From positions 55,056,001 to 55,120,000 of the forward strand of contig OX597815.1 in the NCBI GenBank assembly GCA_951406725.2: a stretch of DNA of 64,000 nt, written 5' to 3'. Shown here in pieces: positions 1 to 12,435 of this stretch. The notes below the pieces were generated by a model, which saw only the letters and a list, made by a program, of their open reading frames with translations, had not been told where the DNA came from and made no database searches. A program made the position numbers and the translations under genes. Source of the DNA: Octopus vulgaris. Taxonomy: Eukaryota. The number at the start of each line of letters is the position of its first letter. Position 1 is the stretch's first letter.

Positions 1-2570
1 AGGGATTGCAATTCTTCCCAGGCCAGTGTATCCAGTCTGCATGTCGTTTACCTTTGTGTGCCAGTAGCGCAGGGCCTGGAACTTACCTGCATTAAACTGC
101 ATGTTGTTGTCCTCAGCCCACCTGTATATTGTATCCAACTGCTGTTGCAGATGTGCAATATTTCCAGAGTTTTGTATAGTGTGGGAGACTTTTGCACCAT
201 CTGCATAGCTAGCAAGGGTGGCCATCTTAGCAACTGAGGGCATATCTGAAAGGGCCACTATGAAGAGCAGTGACCCCAAGACAGTGCCCTGTGGAACACC
301 GCTTGTTATTTGTGTTTCCTTGGAGGTGGCTCCATTGGTCACAACTGCATGCCTCCTATCTTATGGATAGGGCATATTACCCCAGAAAGCTCTGAAAAAG
401 AAGCTGTAGCGGTTTTACAAGGGCTCGTTTGCACGATTTGAGAAGGATCGCTGGAAATTCATCAGGTCCAGCAGCTGAGTTTGTGTCAATCTCATGGCGA
501 GTGTGATATCATCATCTTCAATGTTGATGTACTCAATTTTTGCCTCTTTGGCCGCAGGTAAAGTGGCAAAGAATTCTTCTGGGTTGTTTACTTGCCTGTG
601 TCCTAGAGGTGTAGTGAACACACTTTGGAACTGTTTGGTCAGTATTTCACTTATCCTCGTGGGATATCCTGTGAGAGAGCCATGTTTTTGGAAGAGAGGT
701 CCTATTCTCTGTTGCACTGTGGCTGTCTCTTTGGCAAACTTGAAGAAAGCTTTAGGGTTTGACTTTATATTTTCTATTATCCAAGCTTCTTTATCTGCTC
801 TCTCCTTTTCATGAGTCTGATGCAGACTTTTCTTAATTTCCATTAGCATTCTCTCGAGCCGAGACTTCTCACCACTTTTGGTGTGCTTGCTCAGGCGGTT
901 CGCAATCCTTGTCTGTCGTCTCATAAGAATCTTCCTTTCTCTAGGGATCCTGTTTTTGTTTTTGTGTGTGCTGGCCTTTCACACTGGGACATATTTGTCA
1001 TATATGGCTTGTATTATGGACATGAAGTGTTTGTGTTTCATGTTAATGTCCAGTGTGGAGAGACATTTTGTCCAATTCTGTTTGAGGATCTCTTTCTCAA
1101 TCAACTTCCAATTTGTTTTATGAAAGTTTAAGTTGGAGAGATTGTGGATGCTTCGTATAGGCTGTGTCTGCGGGGGCTTTTGGTCCATACATAGACAGCT
1201 CTATTATGTTTTGATCCAAAATCATTGTCGCCATCACTTTAACATTATGGATAATATCCATATCGTTTGTGAAGCAGAGATCCTGTATATTATCTGCCCT
1301 TGTTGGTTGCAGCACTATTTGCTCCGTGAAAAAGGCATTTGTGAGATGGAGCAAGGACTCTGCCTGTGCCTGCTGATGGTGTGTCATCCCTGGGAGCATC
1401 TGCCCCACAGACCATTCCACATTGGGGAAGTTAAAGTCATCCATGAAGAATACACTGTTGTGTTGTTCCAGGTTGGTGAGAACTTCTATTTTTGTTAGGC
1501 TGTCTTCAAACATGCCTGTGTGCTTTGGGGCATCCGGTGGGCGATATGTAGTACATATGACGATATTCAGTTGTCTTATGTGTACAATTTGAGTGTCACA
1601 CACTGAGTTTGAATATGACATCAGGACCTGGGGCGTGAGGTCATCTCGGATGTACATTGCAACTCCACCATGGCTCCTCACTTTTCTATCTGAGCGTATG
1701 ACAGTATATTGCGGTATGTGTATTTCTGCATCCCCTATATCGGGTCCAAGATGCGTTTCTATGAGTGCCATGCATATAGCTTGATTTCATGCCACAAGGT
1801 CTCTCAGGAATGAGATTTTCCTTTTACAGTTGCCACGCAGCAGCCCTCCTACGTTCAGTAGAAATATTTTTGTGATGTGTGTTGGTGTCTGTTGGTGGTG
1901 GTCTTATGTGGTGGTAGTTCCAGCTTTTTGTTTGTAGCCAGGTTAGCTGCTGAACAATTTTTTTTGCCGTGCACAAAAAAGATTACTGCTCAGCTGCTGC
2001 CCTTCTCACATCTGCGTGAAGCTGGTCATTTGTTGGGCTATGCAGTATCTTTTTTGGACTGCGCACTACATTGGCATATCGTCTTTCAGGTGTGGTCAGT
2101 GCGCCATTTTTCCTTCTTTTATATTTTTCTTTATCTTATTGTTCTTCCAAGGGAGGGATTTTTGTCTTGTGTCTATGCGGTTTTGGCAGGGCTTCTGATG
2201 TGCAAAACGACAGTTTGCACCTTCGACCCCATGCCAGCAGTCTCCCTTCAGGTAGAATTTGCAGATGTTTCTGCTTTTGCCCTTGTAGTTCTTACTGGGG
2301 TTCTTCTGTTTTTTCTGAACAGTCTTTGTTTTAGTTTTCTTGTCTTTTACCTCTTGTTTTCCATCGATTTTAGGGTGCTTTCCTTTTTTTGCGGCCATTG
2401 CACCTCTTTGGTCTTCAGTTGTGTTGGGAGCTGGACATGTGCCATTGTTTCCCTTGGTTGCAGGTTTCTTGGTTGTGTCTTTTGTTGTGTCCTGGATGTT
2501 TTCTCCATCCTTTTGGTCTTCCCTGGTGCAGTCACCTCCTAGGATGATGTCCAGAGTGTCCATGTGTTGC
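1..2570 (-). mobile_element. Degraded CR1-clade LINE (ORF1 CCCH finger, APE endonuclease, part of RT; runs off the window start)
   Basis: Minus-strand fragments: CKFYLKGDCWHGVEGANCRFAH (ORF1), ETHL..YRPP..DFN (APE), IKSNPKAFFKF linker, GVPQGTVLG near 270-300. Many frameshifts. Colinear with the copy at 20642-24333. Confidence 0.9.
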
Positions 2571-2751
2571 TTGATTAGAACGTATGAACGAAGGAATTCT
2601 CGTTTCTTTCAAGAATAATAATTTTTCTTATAAAAGACTCTATTATCAAACTAGAAAATTTAATGATTATGATTATGTCATACGATCAATTATAATGTTT
2701 AATATTAATTTTTAAGGTAAGAATAGATAGAAAATGTATTTATCTATTCAG

Positions 2752-2817
2752 AAAATGGCGGTGCCCCAGCATGGCCACAGCTCATAAGCTGAAACTGGAA
2801 AAATCAAAATCAAAATC
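2752..2817 (+). mobile_element. 66-bp CR1 3' terminus
   Basis: AAATGGCGGTGCCCCAGCATGGCCACAGCTCATAAGCTGAAAC plus AAAATC repeats matches the CR1 end at 30985-31050; it is absent from the inverted partner arm at about 8237. Confidence 0.85.
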
Positions 2818-3099
2818 ATATAATATGGCTTTAAAAAAACATAATACACCCACAAATAATCTTATCTCAGTTATAGTCAATATCTAATTACCTAAATATT
2901 TTTTTTTAAAAATCACTATTCATATTATTAAATTTAATTTCAAACCAAATAATTATATAATATTTGAATAATAACTATTATTATTATTATTAATAACTAT
3001 TAATATTATACAGAAATATGATAATAGTAATGGTAATAATAATGATAATGGTAATAATAATAATAAGAAGAAGAATGATAGTGATAATAATAAGAAGAA

Positions 3100-3820
3100 T
3101 AAAAATAATAAAATTTGGTTAATTGTTCCTTATGGTGCTCAAGTTAAAACGAACATTATTAAAGAGATTTTAGATATTATTGAACAATTTATTAATGATA
3201 ATAGTAAATATAAAAAAATTTTCTCTAGTTATAACTTTGAAGTAGGTTATTCTATCACTAATAGTGTAGGTAACATTATTTCTTCTTTTAACAAATTTAA
3301 ACTGAATAATTTTTATAAAAATAAATTTTATAATAATACCAACAATAATAAAGATAAGACACTCATTAACTGTACATGTAGAGATAAAACTAAGTTCAAA
3401 TTTAATAATAAATGTGATTTAAACGATGTAGTGTATAAATGTATAGTTACATTACTTAATGAGAATAATAGGAATAATAATAACTTAAACGCAATATATA
3501 TGGGATCCACTTCCTCTAAAATAAAATTAAGAATCGCACAGCATATACATTCATTTAAAAATAAAAACCTAATTAACTCAACAGGACTTAGCAAGTACAT
3601 ATGGGGACTTAAATCCCAAAGTATTAAGTATGATTTAAGTTGGGAAACAATAAGTAAGACTAAATCATATAGTATAGGAGGCAATTATTGTTATTTATGT
3701 TCTAATGAGTTTAAAAAATTTTATTTTATGAGCATTATGATTTAGTGAATACTCTGGATGAGCGTAAAATAAAATGCAGACACAGGTTACTTTACATATA
3801 TAATAAATTTCAAGATAAAT
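3100..3820 (+). pseudogene. Penelope-type linker and GIY-YIG endonuclease, frameshifted
   Basis: IWLIVPYGAQVKTNI...CTCRDK...VVYKCIVT...YMGSTS...RIAQH...STGLSKYIWGLK...CYLCSNE follows the typical PLE linker/GIY-YIG motif order. Confidence 0.85.
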
Positions 3821-5878
3821 AATGACTATATCTAAACCCTATTTTGTTCCTTATTTGTAGATTTATTTATTAGTATTAATCTAAAATTTAGTATAGGATT
3901 TATAATACTTATTACATGATTTTTTATGTTATATTAAATAAATAATGTAATATTCTAATAATTTTATAAATATATTACTTTATAGTAGTGTAGTGTTTCC
4001 AATTCTTTATGAGGTTTTGTATTAGTCTATTATAGTTATTAGATGTTCTTTATTTACTTAAAGTTAGATTATACTTAGTTGTTTATTTTATTACTTAATA
4101 TTTAATGGTTTTATTGAATATAGATTTAGGAAGGTTTTAATTTTGAATGTATAGTACAATTTTTTCTTTATGTAATATTTTTATAATGATAATTTATTCA
4201 ATTATAGAACAACGTATTTGATCTATCGATAAATTAATTTACCTATTTAATTGGGTTAATTTATTATTGATTAGTATTTATTTTGAGTATTAATAATATG
4301 ATATATAATATAAATATATATTTATCTTATACTAGAGTTAAGTTTATATTTTGTTATATTTTTGATATAAATTTGTTAAATTAATCTATATGTATGTATT
4401 TTCTTTATATTTGAATTAGATTTATTTAGATGTTTATTTAATCAATTTTATTTAATATAGGCGTATAGATTAGTAAGATAGAATAAATGGATAAAACGAA
4501 ATGTTTACCTGTATGTTTGTATGGAAGTATGAATGTAGGCATTTATATACGTATGTATTCATATGATATATGTGTATGTATGTATATATGTATATGTACG
4601 TGTATATATATATGTACGTGTATATATATGTATATATATGTGTGTGTGTGTGTATATATATGTATATGTATGTATTGTGTATTGTATGTATATATATATA
4701 TATATGTATACACATACACAGTAATACCTCACCTTATGAGAAGCGCTTTACGAGACACTGGGTTCTGTTCATGAGTTTTAGCTTAAAAATAAAAGCATAC
4801 TCTGGGAAAGAATTCACTCGTACTTCGAGGCGTTACTATGTTTTATATATATTTATTAATCTTATAAGATTTTTAGAGTATAAATAGTAATTAGTAGTTA
4901 GTAATTATTTAATTTATTTAGTATTAAGTATTATTTATCATAGTTATTTTAACGATAAATCTTATAGTATGGAGTGATTCTATTCTTTAATTGTGACTTC
5001 ATTCTATTTACGTTTATTGATAAACCATAACTTTTTCCATTGACAATTTTAATTCACAATTTTCATTGATAAAACGTATTTGTAGTTCTTCACTGTTAAA
5101 GAATTCTTCAACAATTTATTCTATTTTTGTTAATAACGTAATTCCACGAGTATTCTTATAAACGCTGAAAAGACGTTTTCCGATTTAAAATTTTAGTTCA
5201 TCACAAAACCTTGCAAAGCTAAGTATATATTTATATTTAAGATTTTTTAATTTTTAAATTTAAATATTTTGATAAGTCTTATTGTATAATTTTGTATTTT
5301 ATACTGATTGTTATGTAATGATTTCGTTATCGTAATTTTTTATATAATTATTAGATTTTAATTCTAAGTTTATTTGTAAGACTTTACTTAGCCAAAGAGA
5401 TATATAGATCGTTAATAGTAATACAAGTTTTTTTAAAGTTAGGTTTCATGTATATACATTTATTGATAGCATAAATTTTAATCTTTAATAACTATATTTG
5501 TTGATAGTTATTTTAAATATTTTATAATTGTTAGATGTGTTTTAAATCTAATATATGAATAATGATTTTTTAGTTAATTAATTTGGTAATTAAATTTTTG
5601 GACTATAACTGAGTTAAGGATATTTGTGAGTTTTTTAAGCTATTTTGTATATTCATAAATATCTCTAATAGTTGACTTCGTTCTATTATAACTTATATAT
5701 TGCTATTTTCAATTGATAATTTATAATAGTATTTTTTTTCATTGATAAATATATTTGTAGTATTTATTGGATACTATATAACTACAGATTGACTATTTCA
5801 TTAAATATTTTATTATTTCATTTTCGTTCTTAACTATACGGTTTTTGTAGGTTATTAATTAGCCAACGAGATATATTC

Positions 5879-6260
5879 TTTACTCTTTTAATTGTTTCTG
5901 TCATTTGACTGTGGCCATGCTGGAGCACCACCTTTAGTCGAGCAAATCGACCCCAGGACTTATTCTTTGTAAGCCCAGTACTTATTCTATCGGTCTCTTT
6001 TGCCGAACCGCTAAGTGATGCAGACGTAAACACACCAGCATCGGTTGTCAAGCAATGCTAGGGGGACAAACACACACACACAAACACACATATACATATA
6101 TACGACAAGCTTCTTTCAGTTTCCGTCTACCAAATCCCCTCACAAGGCATTGGTCGGCCCGGGGCTATAGCAGAAGACACTTGCCCAAGATGCCACGCAA
6201 AGGGGATTGAACCCCGAACCATGTGGTTGGTTAGCAAGCTACTTACCACACAGCCACTCT
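5879..6260 (-). mobile_element. tRNA-derived SINE, family A
   Basis: Reverse complement of the copy at 40080-40471; CA-rich middle and CR1-like tail. Confidence 0.85.
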
Positions 6261-6447
6261 GGATCGTTAATTAGTTATTGCGGTTTTTTAAGATAGTTTG
6301 TTTGCTTGTTTACAATTTGCTTTTTCATCTTTAATTTTTAATATATTTCATAAGTAATAATGAATAATTAATTTATTAGGTTTTTATTATACGTGCATAT
6401 ATATTTATTGATAGAGATAATTTTAGATCTTAATTCTTATATTTATA

Positions 6448-8041
6448 GAAGTACCTAGGTAAAGATAAACCCCTCTACATAGCTTTTGTAGACTTGGAGA
6501 AAGCCTTTGACAGGGTTCCCCGTTCCCTTATCTGGTGGTCGATGCGGAAACTGGAGATTGACGAATGGCTAATAAGGGCTGTACAGGCTCTATACAGAGA
6601 GGCTGTCAGCAAGGTTAGGATTGGCAACGAATATAGTGAAGAATTCCGGGTAGAAGTAGGTGTGCACCAGGACTCAGCCCTCAGTCCCCTTTTATTCATC
6701 ATAGTCCTTCAGGCAATAACAGAGGAATTCAAAACAGGATGCCCCTGGGAGCTCCTCTATGCCGATGACCTAGCTCTCATAGCAGAATCACTACCGGAAC
6801 TAGAAAAGAAATTTCGGGTGTGGAAGCAAGGGTTAGAATCAAAGGGCCTTAGAATAAATGTAGCAAAGACCAAAGTATTAGTAAGCAGCAAGAGGTACTC
6901 AGCACACACCCCCTCGGGTAGGTGGCCCTGCTCAATCTGTAAGAAAGGTACAGGTAGAAACTCCATAAGATGCACCCAATGTAAGCTATGGACACATAAG
7001 AGGTGCAGCAACATTAAAGGGAAATTAACAGATAAGATAGCTTTCATGTGCGGCAGCTGCACAGGGACAATAGACACAACAGACACTCAGAAAACAGATT
7101 CCATCACACTCCAGGGAGAGAAACTAGAAGTAGTTGATAGTTTCCGCTACCTGGGGGACCAAGTTAGTAGCGGAGGTGGATGCACAGAGAGTATCACCAC
7201 TAGAATACGAATAGCCTGGGCAAAGTTCAGAAAGCTCCTACCCCTACTGGCAACAAAAGGTCTCTCCCTCAGAGCGAAAGGTAGACTGTATGATGCATGT
7301 GTGCGAACTGCCATGCTTCACGGTAATGAAACATGGGCTGTGACTGCAGAGGACATGCGTAGACTTGAAAGAAATGAAGCTAGCATGATCCGCTGGATGT
7401 GTAGTGTCAGTGTGCACGCAAGACAGAGTGTAAGCATCCTGAGAGAAATGCTGGATATAAGAAGCATCAGATGTGGTGTGCAAGAGCGACGCTTGCGATG
7501 GTATGGTCATATGCTGCGGATGGATGAAGAGAGATGTGTGAAGAAGTGCCACTCCCAAACAGTTGAAGGTATCAGGGGGAGAGGTAGACCCAGGAAGACA
7601 TGGGATGAAGTAGTCAAACATGACCTCAGAGCATTGGGCTTCACTGAGGCAATGGCGAAGGACCGAGATCTCTGGAGATATGCTGTGACTGCAAAGACCC
7701 GGGCTGCTTTCTGCAGCAATTCCACAAACCCCCTACCCATTCAAAGTACCCCGGATCCCCAAAGTACCCCGGATCCCGTTGCCCCCGTGCCGGTGGCACG
7801 TTAAAAGCTCGAACCGATCGTGACCGATGCCGGACCCCCCGGCCCCTGTGCAGGTGGCACGTAAAAAGCACCCACTCCACTCACGGATTCGTTGGCGTTA
7901 GGAAGGGCATCCAGCCGTAGAAACTCTGCCAGATCAGACTGGAGCCTGGAGCGGCCCCTGGCTTCCCAGACCCCGGTCGAACCGTCCAACCCGTGCTAGC
8001 GCGGAAAACAGACGTTAAACGATGATGATGATGATGATGAT
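6448..8041 (+). mobile_element. 5'-truncated RTE-clade LINE
   Basis: ORF 6494-7804 with DLEKAFD, GVHQ.S.LSP, YADD, FRYLG, RLRWYGH, GRGRPRKTW; 3' UTR ends in (GAT)n. Confidence 0.93.
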
Positions 8042-8441
8042 TTATATATATTCATTGATAATTTAGTTATTATTCAAATATTATATAATTATTTTATTTG
8101 AAATTAAATTTGATAATATGAATAGTGATTACTTTTTTCGATTTTTTTTAATTTTTAATTTAGGTAATTAGATATTGACTATAACTGAGATTAGATTATT
8201 TATGGGTTTATTATGTTTTTTTAAAGCCATATTATATCTGAATAGATAAATACATTTTCTATCTATACTTACCGTAAAAATTAATATTTAACATTATAAT
8301 TGATCGTATGACATAATCATAATCGTTAAATTTTCTAGTTTGATAATAGAGTCTTTTATAAGAAAAATTGTTATTTTATTTATTTCTTAAAAAAATATTG
8401 CTTAAGTATATTTGATTATTTATTTAACTATTATCATTAAC

Positions 8442-8535
8442 CTGAAGATTCACTATAACCATAATTCTAATTATTAATTGAATTTAAATTATTGTTATTC
8501 AAATTAGGTTATGGGCATGAAACGATTGTAGTGGT
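8442..8535 (+). ncRNA. Degenerate type I hammerhead ribozyme motif (PLE pLTR)
   Basis: CTGAAGA, long stem II (CTATAACC/GGTTATGG), GAAAC-GATT-GTA; the stem II base and stem I are imperfect. Confidence 0.5.
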
Positions 8536-8883
8536 TTTACTTTAATCTTATATTAAATTTTTTAATACTCTTTGATAGTTATATATATTTAATTTTTCAA
8601 AAAATAAATAAATAAATAATTAAATAAATAAAAAGTAAATATATATAAATATATATATAAATTAATAAGTTTAAAGTTTTAACTTTAAATTTAAAAAATT
8701 TAAATTTTGAATTTTATATATTTTGTATAATATATTAATTAATTTTATTTCTATGTTTTGGTTTATGTTTTTCAGTTTGATTTGTCTAATAGTGGTTTTA
8801 TCTCTAATTTAATATATATTTATACTGTAAAATTAGATTTAATCCTAAATCTAATTTTTCCCTGTAAGTTTGAATTTACTCCC

Positions 8884-8933
<50 letters not shown>

Positions 8934-8977
8934 TATGTGTGTGTGTGTGTGTATATATGTATGTATATATATATATA

Positions 8978-9186
8978 GATCACCGTGACCAACCAGGCTA
9001 TCAGATGTTGCTACACATCGCTGGTCACAATGCACTTCGCATTGTTTTAGCCTTCAAATGAAGCCACGCCGCCAGCTAAGCGAGCAGGCCAACAGAAGAA
9101 AGAGTGAGAGAAAGTTGTGGTGAAAGAGTACACCAGGGATCACCACTACCCCCTGCTGGAGCCTTGTGGAGCTTTAGGTGTTTTTG

Positions 9187-9187
<1 letters not shown>
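8978..9187 (-). mobile_element. SINE family B, 3' part
   Basis: Reverse complement of about 37805-38000. Confidence 0.8.
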
Positions 9188-9240
<53 letters not shown>

Positions 9241-9257
9241 ATGTATGTATGTATATA

Positions 9258-9326
<69 letters not shown>

Positions 9327-9327
9327 A

Positions 9328-9368
<41 letters not shown>

Positions 9369-9386
9369 ACATATATATATATATGT

Positions 9387-9485
<99 letters not shown>

Positions 9486-9549
9486 GTATACATATATATA
9501 TATATATGTATACATATATATATATGTACATATATATATATATGTATAC

Positions 9550-9581
<32 letters not shown>

Positions 9582-9635
9582 ATATATGTATACATATATA
9601 CATATATATATATGTATACATATATATATATATGT

Positions 9636-9689
<54 letters not shown>

Positions 9690-9721
9690 GTATACATATA
9701 TACATATATATATATGTATAC

Positions 9722-9753
<32 letters not shown>

Positions 9754-9831
9754 ATATGTATACATATATACATATATATATATGTATACATATATATATA
9801 TATACATATATACATATATATATATGTATAC

Positions 9832-9919
<88 letters not shown>

Positions 9920-10011
9920 ACATATATATATATATACATATATATATATATGTATACATATATATATATATGTATACATATATATATATATGTATACATA
10001 TATATATATAT
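9188..10011. repeat. (TA)n/(TACA) microsatellite
   Basis: Directly visible. Confidence 0.98.
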
Positions 10012-11284
10012 GTAGACAATCCACAAATGTCTTCAGGAAGATGGCCCTGCTCGATCTGTAGAAAAGGTGTAGGTAGAAACTCTATAAGATGTACCCAGTG
10101 TAAGCTATGGACACATAAGAGGTGCAGCAATGTCAAAGGAAGGCTAACTGGGATGATAGTTTTTGTATGTGGCAGATGCTCGGGAAATCTGCAAAATCTG
10201 AAAATCTGCAAAAAACAACTTCCGTCATTTTCCAGGGGGAAAAACTAGAAGTAGTTGATAGCTTCCGTTATCCCAAATGACCGTCGAATCAAGAACAGAA
10301 TTCCGCGTGCTTTGTTGGCAGCATGGACGCACTGGGCCGAAGGCGAAAAGGAGGAATCCACCAAGATACCCAGGTCCTTTACCTGATCGGTCCTCTCCAG
10401 CAGCAGACGACCCGGCTCGAAATCAAGTTGAGTTGCAGGAGGAGAGCCAACAGGCAGATGACAGCACTTTGACACGTTCAGACACAGGTCCCATTCGTTA
10501 GACCACTTCCAAATTTGGTGGAGGCATCGACGAAGATCCTCTATATCACCGCGAGGAGCGACCAGTTTGATATCGTCGGCAAATAGAAGGGTGTGTTGCG
10601 TGAGGTCGTCAGGCAAGTCATTTATGAAGACTAAGAACAATAAGAGCCCAAGCACTGAACCTTGAGGCACGCCACTGCTCGCACTGGAGACGGGTAGGAC
10701 AAGTGAGTCCAGCCCACTTATGCATGCCTTTCCTCCCTTGGACACACAAAGACCTGTTGAGGCAAGCGAAGTCAATATCGAACATCATCCGTCGACAGGC
10801 ACCTATGCCTACTCGCCTTAGCTTGCGAAGACCTGTTGGGGCAAGTGAAATCGAAATTGAACCAATCCTATGACTGGCATCTGGCAGATGCCAGGACCCC
10901 TGGACTGGAGATACGTAAAAAGCACTATCCGAATCGTGGCCGATGCCAACACCGCCTCAACTGGCTTCCGTGTCGGTGGCACGTAAATAGCACCATCCAA
11001 ATCGTGGCCGAAGCCAGTGCCACCTTGACTGGCTTCCGTGTAGGTGGCACGTAAAATGCACCAATCCGACCATGGCCGATGCCAGCCTCGCCTGGCTCCA
11101 GTGCAGGTGGCACGTAAAAAGCACCCACTACACTCACGGAGTGGTTGGCGTTAGGAAGGGCATCCAGCTGTAGAAACATTGCCAGATAAGACCGGAGCCT
11201 GGGGCAGCCTTCTGGCTTCCCAGACCCCCGGTCGAACCGTCCAAGCCATGCTAGCATGGAGAACGGACGTTAAATGATGATGAT
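10012..11284 (+). mobile_element. RTE 3' fragment with an antisense CR1/L2-type RT piece at about 10273-10712
   Basis: PHD-finger region ([17 protein letters not shown]) at 10030-10270; minus-strand SGVPQGSVLG/FADD/KDLG; RTE 3' UTR resumes at about 10713 and ends in (TGA)n. Confidence 0.85.
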
Positions 11285-11285
11285 G

Positions 11286-11362
<77 letters not shown>

Positions 11363-12013
11363 GTATGTATGTATGTATATGTATATATATATATATGTAT
11401 GTGTATATATATATATATGTATGTGTATATATATATATATGTATGTATATATATATATGTATGTATATATATATATATATGTATTTATATATATATATAT
11501 GTATATATGTATGTATGTATATATGTATGTATATATATATGTATATATATATATGTATATATATATGTATATATATATATGTATGTATATATATATGTAT
11601 ATATATATATATGTATGTATATATGTATATATATATATATGTATGTATATATATATGTATATATGTATATATGTATATATATATGTATATATATATGTAT
11701 GTATATATATATGTATATATATATGTATATATGTATATATATATGTATATATATATGTATGTATATATATATGTATATGTATATATGTATATGTATATAT
11801 ATATGTATATGTATATATGTATATGTATATATATAGATATATATATATATATGTATATGTATATATATATATATCTATATATGTATATGTATATATATAT
11901 ATGTATATGTATATATATATATCTATATATGTATATATGTATGTATATGTATATATATATATCTATATATGTATATATGTATGTATATATATCTATATAT
12001 GTATATATGTATG

Positions 12014-12045
<32 letters not shown>

Positions 12046-12057
12046 TATATATATATC
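11285..12057. repeat. (TA)n/(TATG) microsatellite
   Basis: Directly visible. Confidence 0.98.
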
Positions 12058-12260
12058 TCCTGGCTGTAACACACGAAACACGAACCTCAGGATGAAAAAT
12101 ATCAGCTAAGATATATTTAAGTTTCCGACCTGTTTTCCTCCTTTCATTGTTTTTTTGCAAGTATTATTATCACCATCAAGCCTTATTGTTTCCCCTTTTA
12201 TTATCGTTATCGTTGTCTTTCGTCTCAAATGCTAGCTGAAGCATTTCTCCACAACATATA

Positions 12261-12435
12261 AACTTTCACTCACAGAAACTTATTCACATGACCGCAAAAC
12301 ATTTCATCTCAAATCTGGTCTTTCTGTCGCTTAATCTCTACCCCATCTTTCCCAACTTTCACTCACAGAAACTTATTCACACGTCCGCAAAGCATTTCAT
12401 CTCAAATCTTGTCTTTCTGCCGCCTAAATCTCATC
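12261..12435 (+). repeat. Two-copy 93-bp tandem repeat in the RTE 5' UTR
   Basis: AACTTTCACTCACAGAAACTTATTCAC begins at 12261 and 12354. Confidence 0.9.

Larger units (their letters stand above)
2610..8890 (+). mobile_element. Penelope-like element remnant (inverted partial pLTR, C-terminal ORF, AT-rich 3' region, pLTR), interrupted by CR1, SINE and RTE insertions
   Basis: GIY-YIG coding fragment at 3100-3820; 2610-2977 is the reverse complement of 8063-8376; hammerhead-like motif at 8442-8530; ends in (TA)n. Confidence 0.75.
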
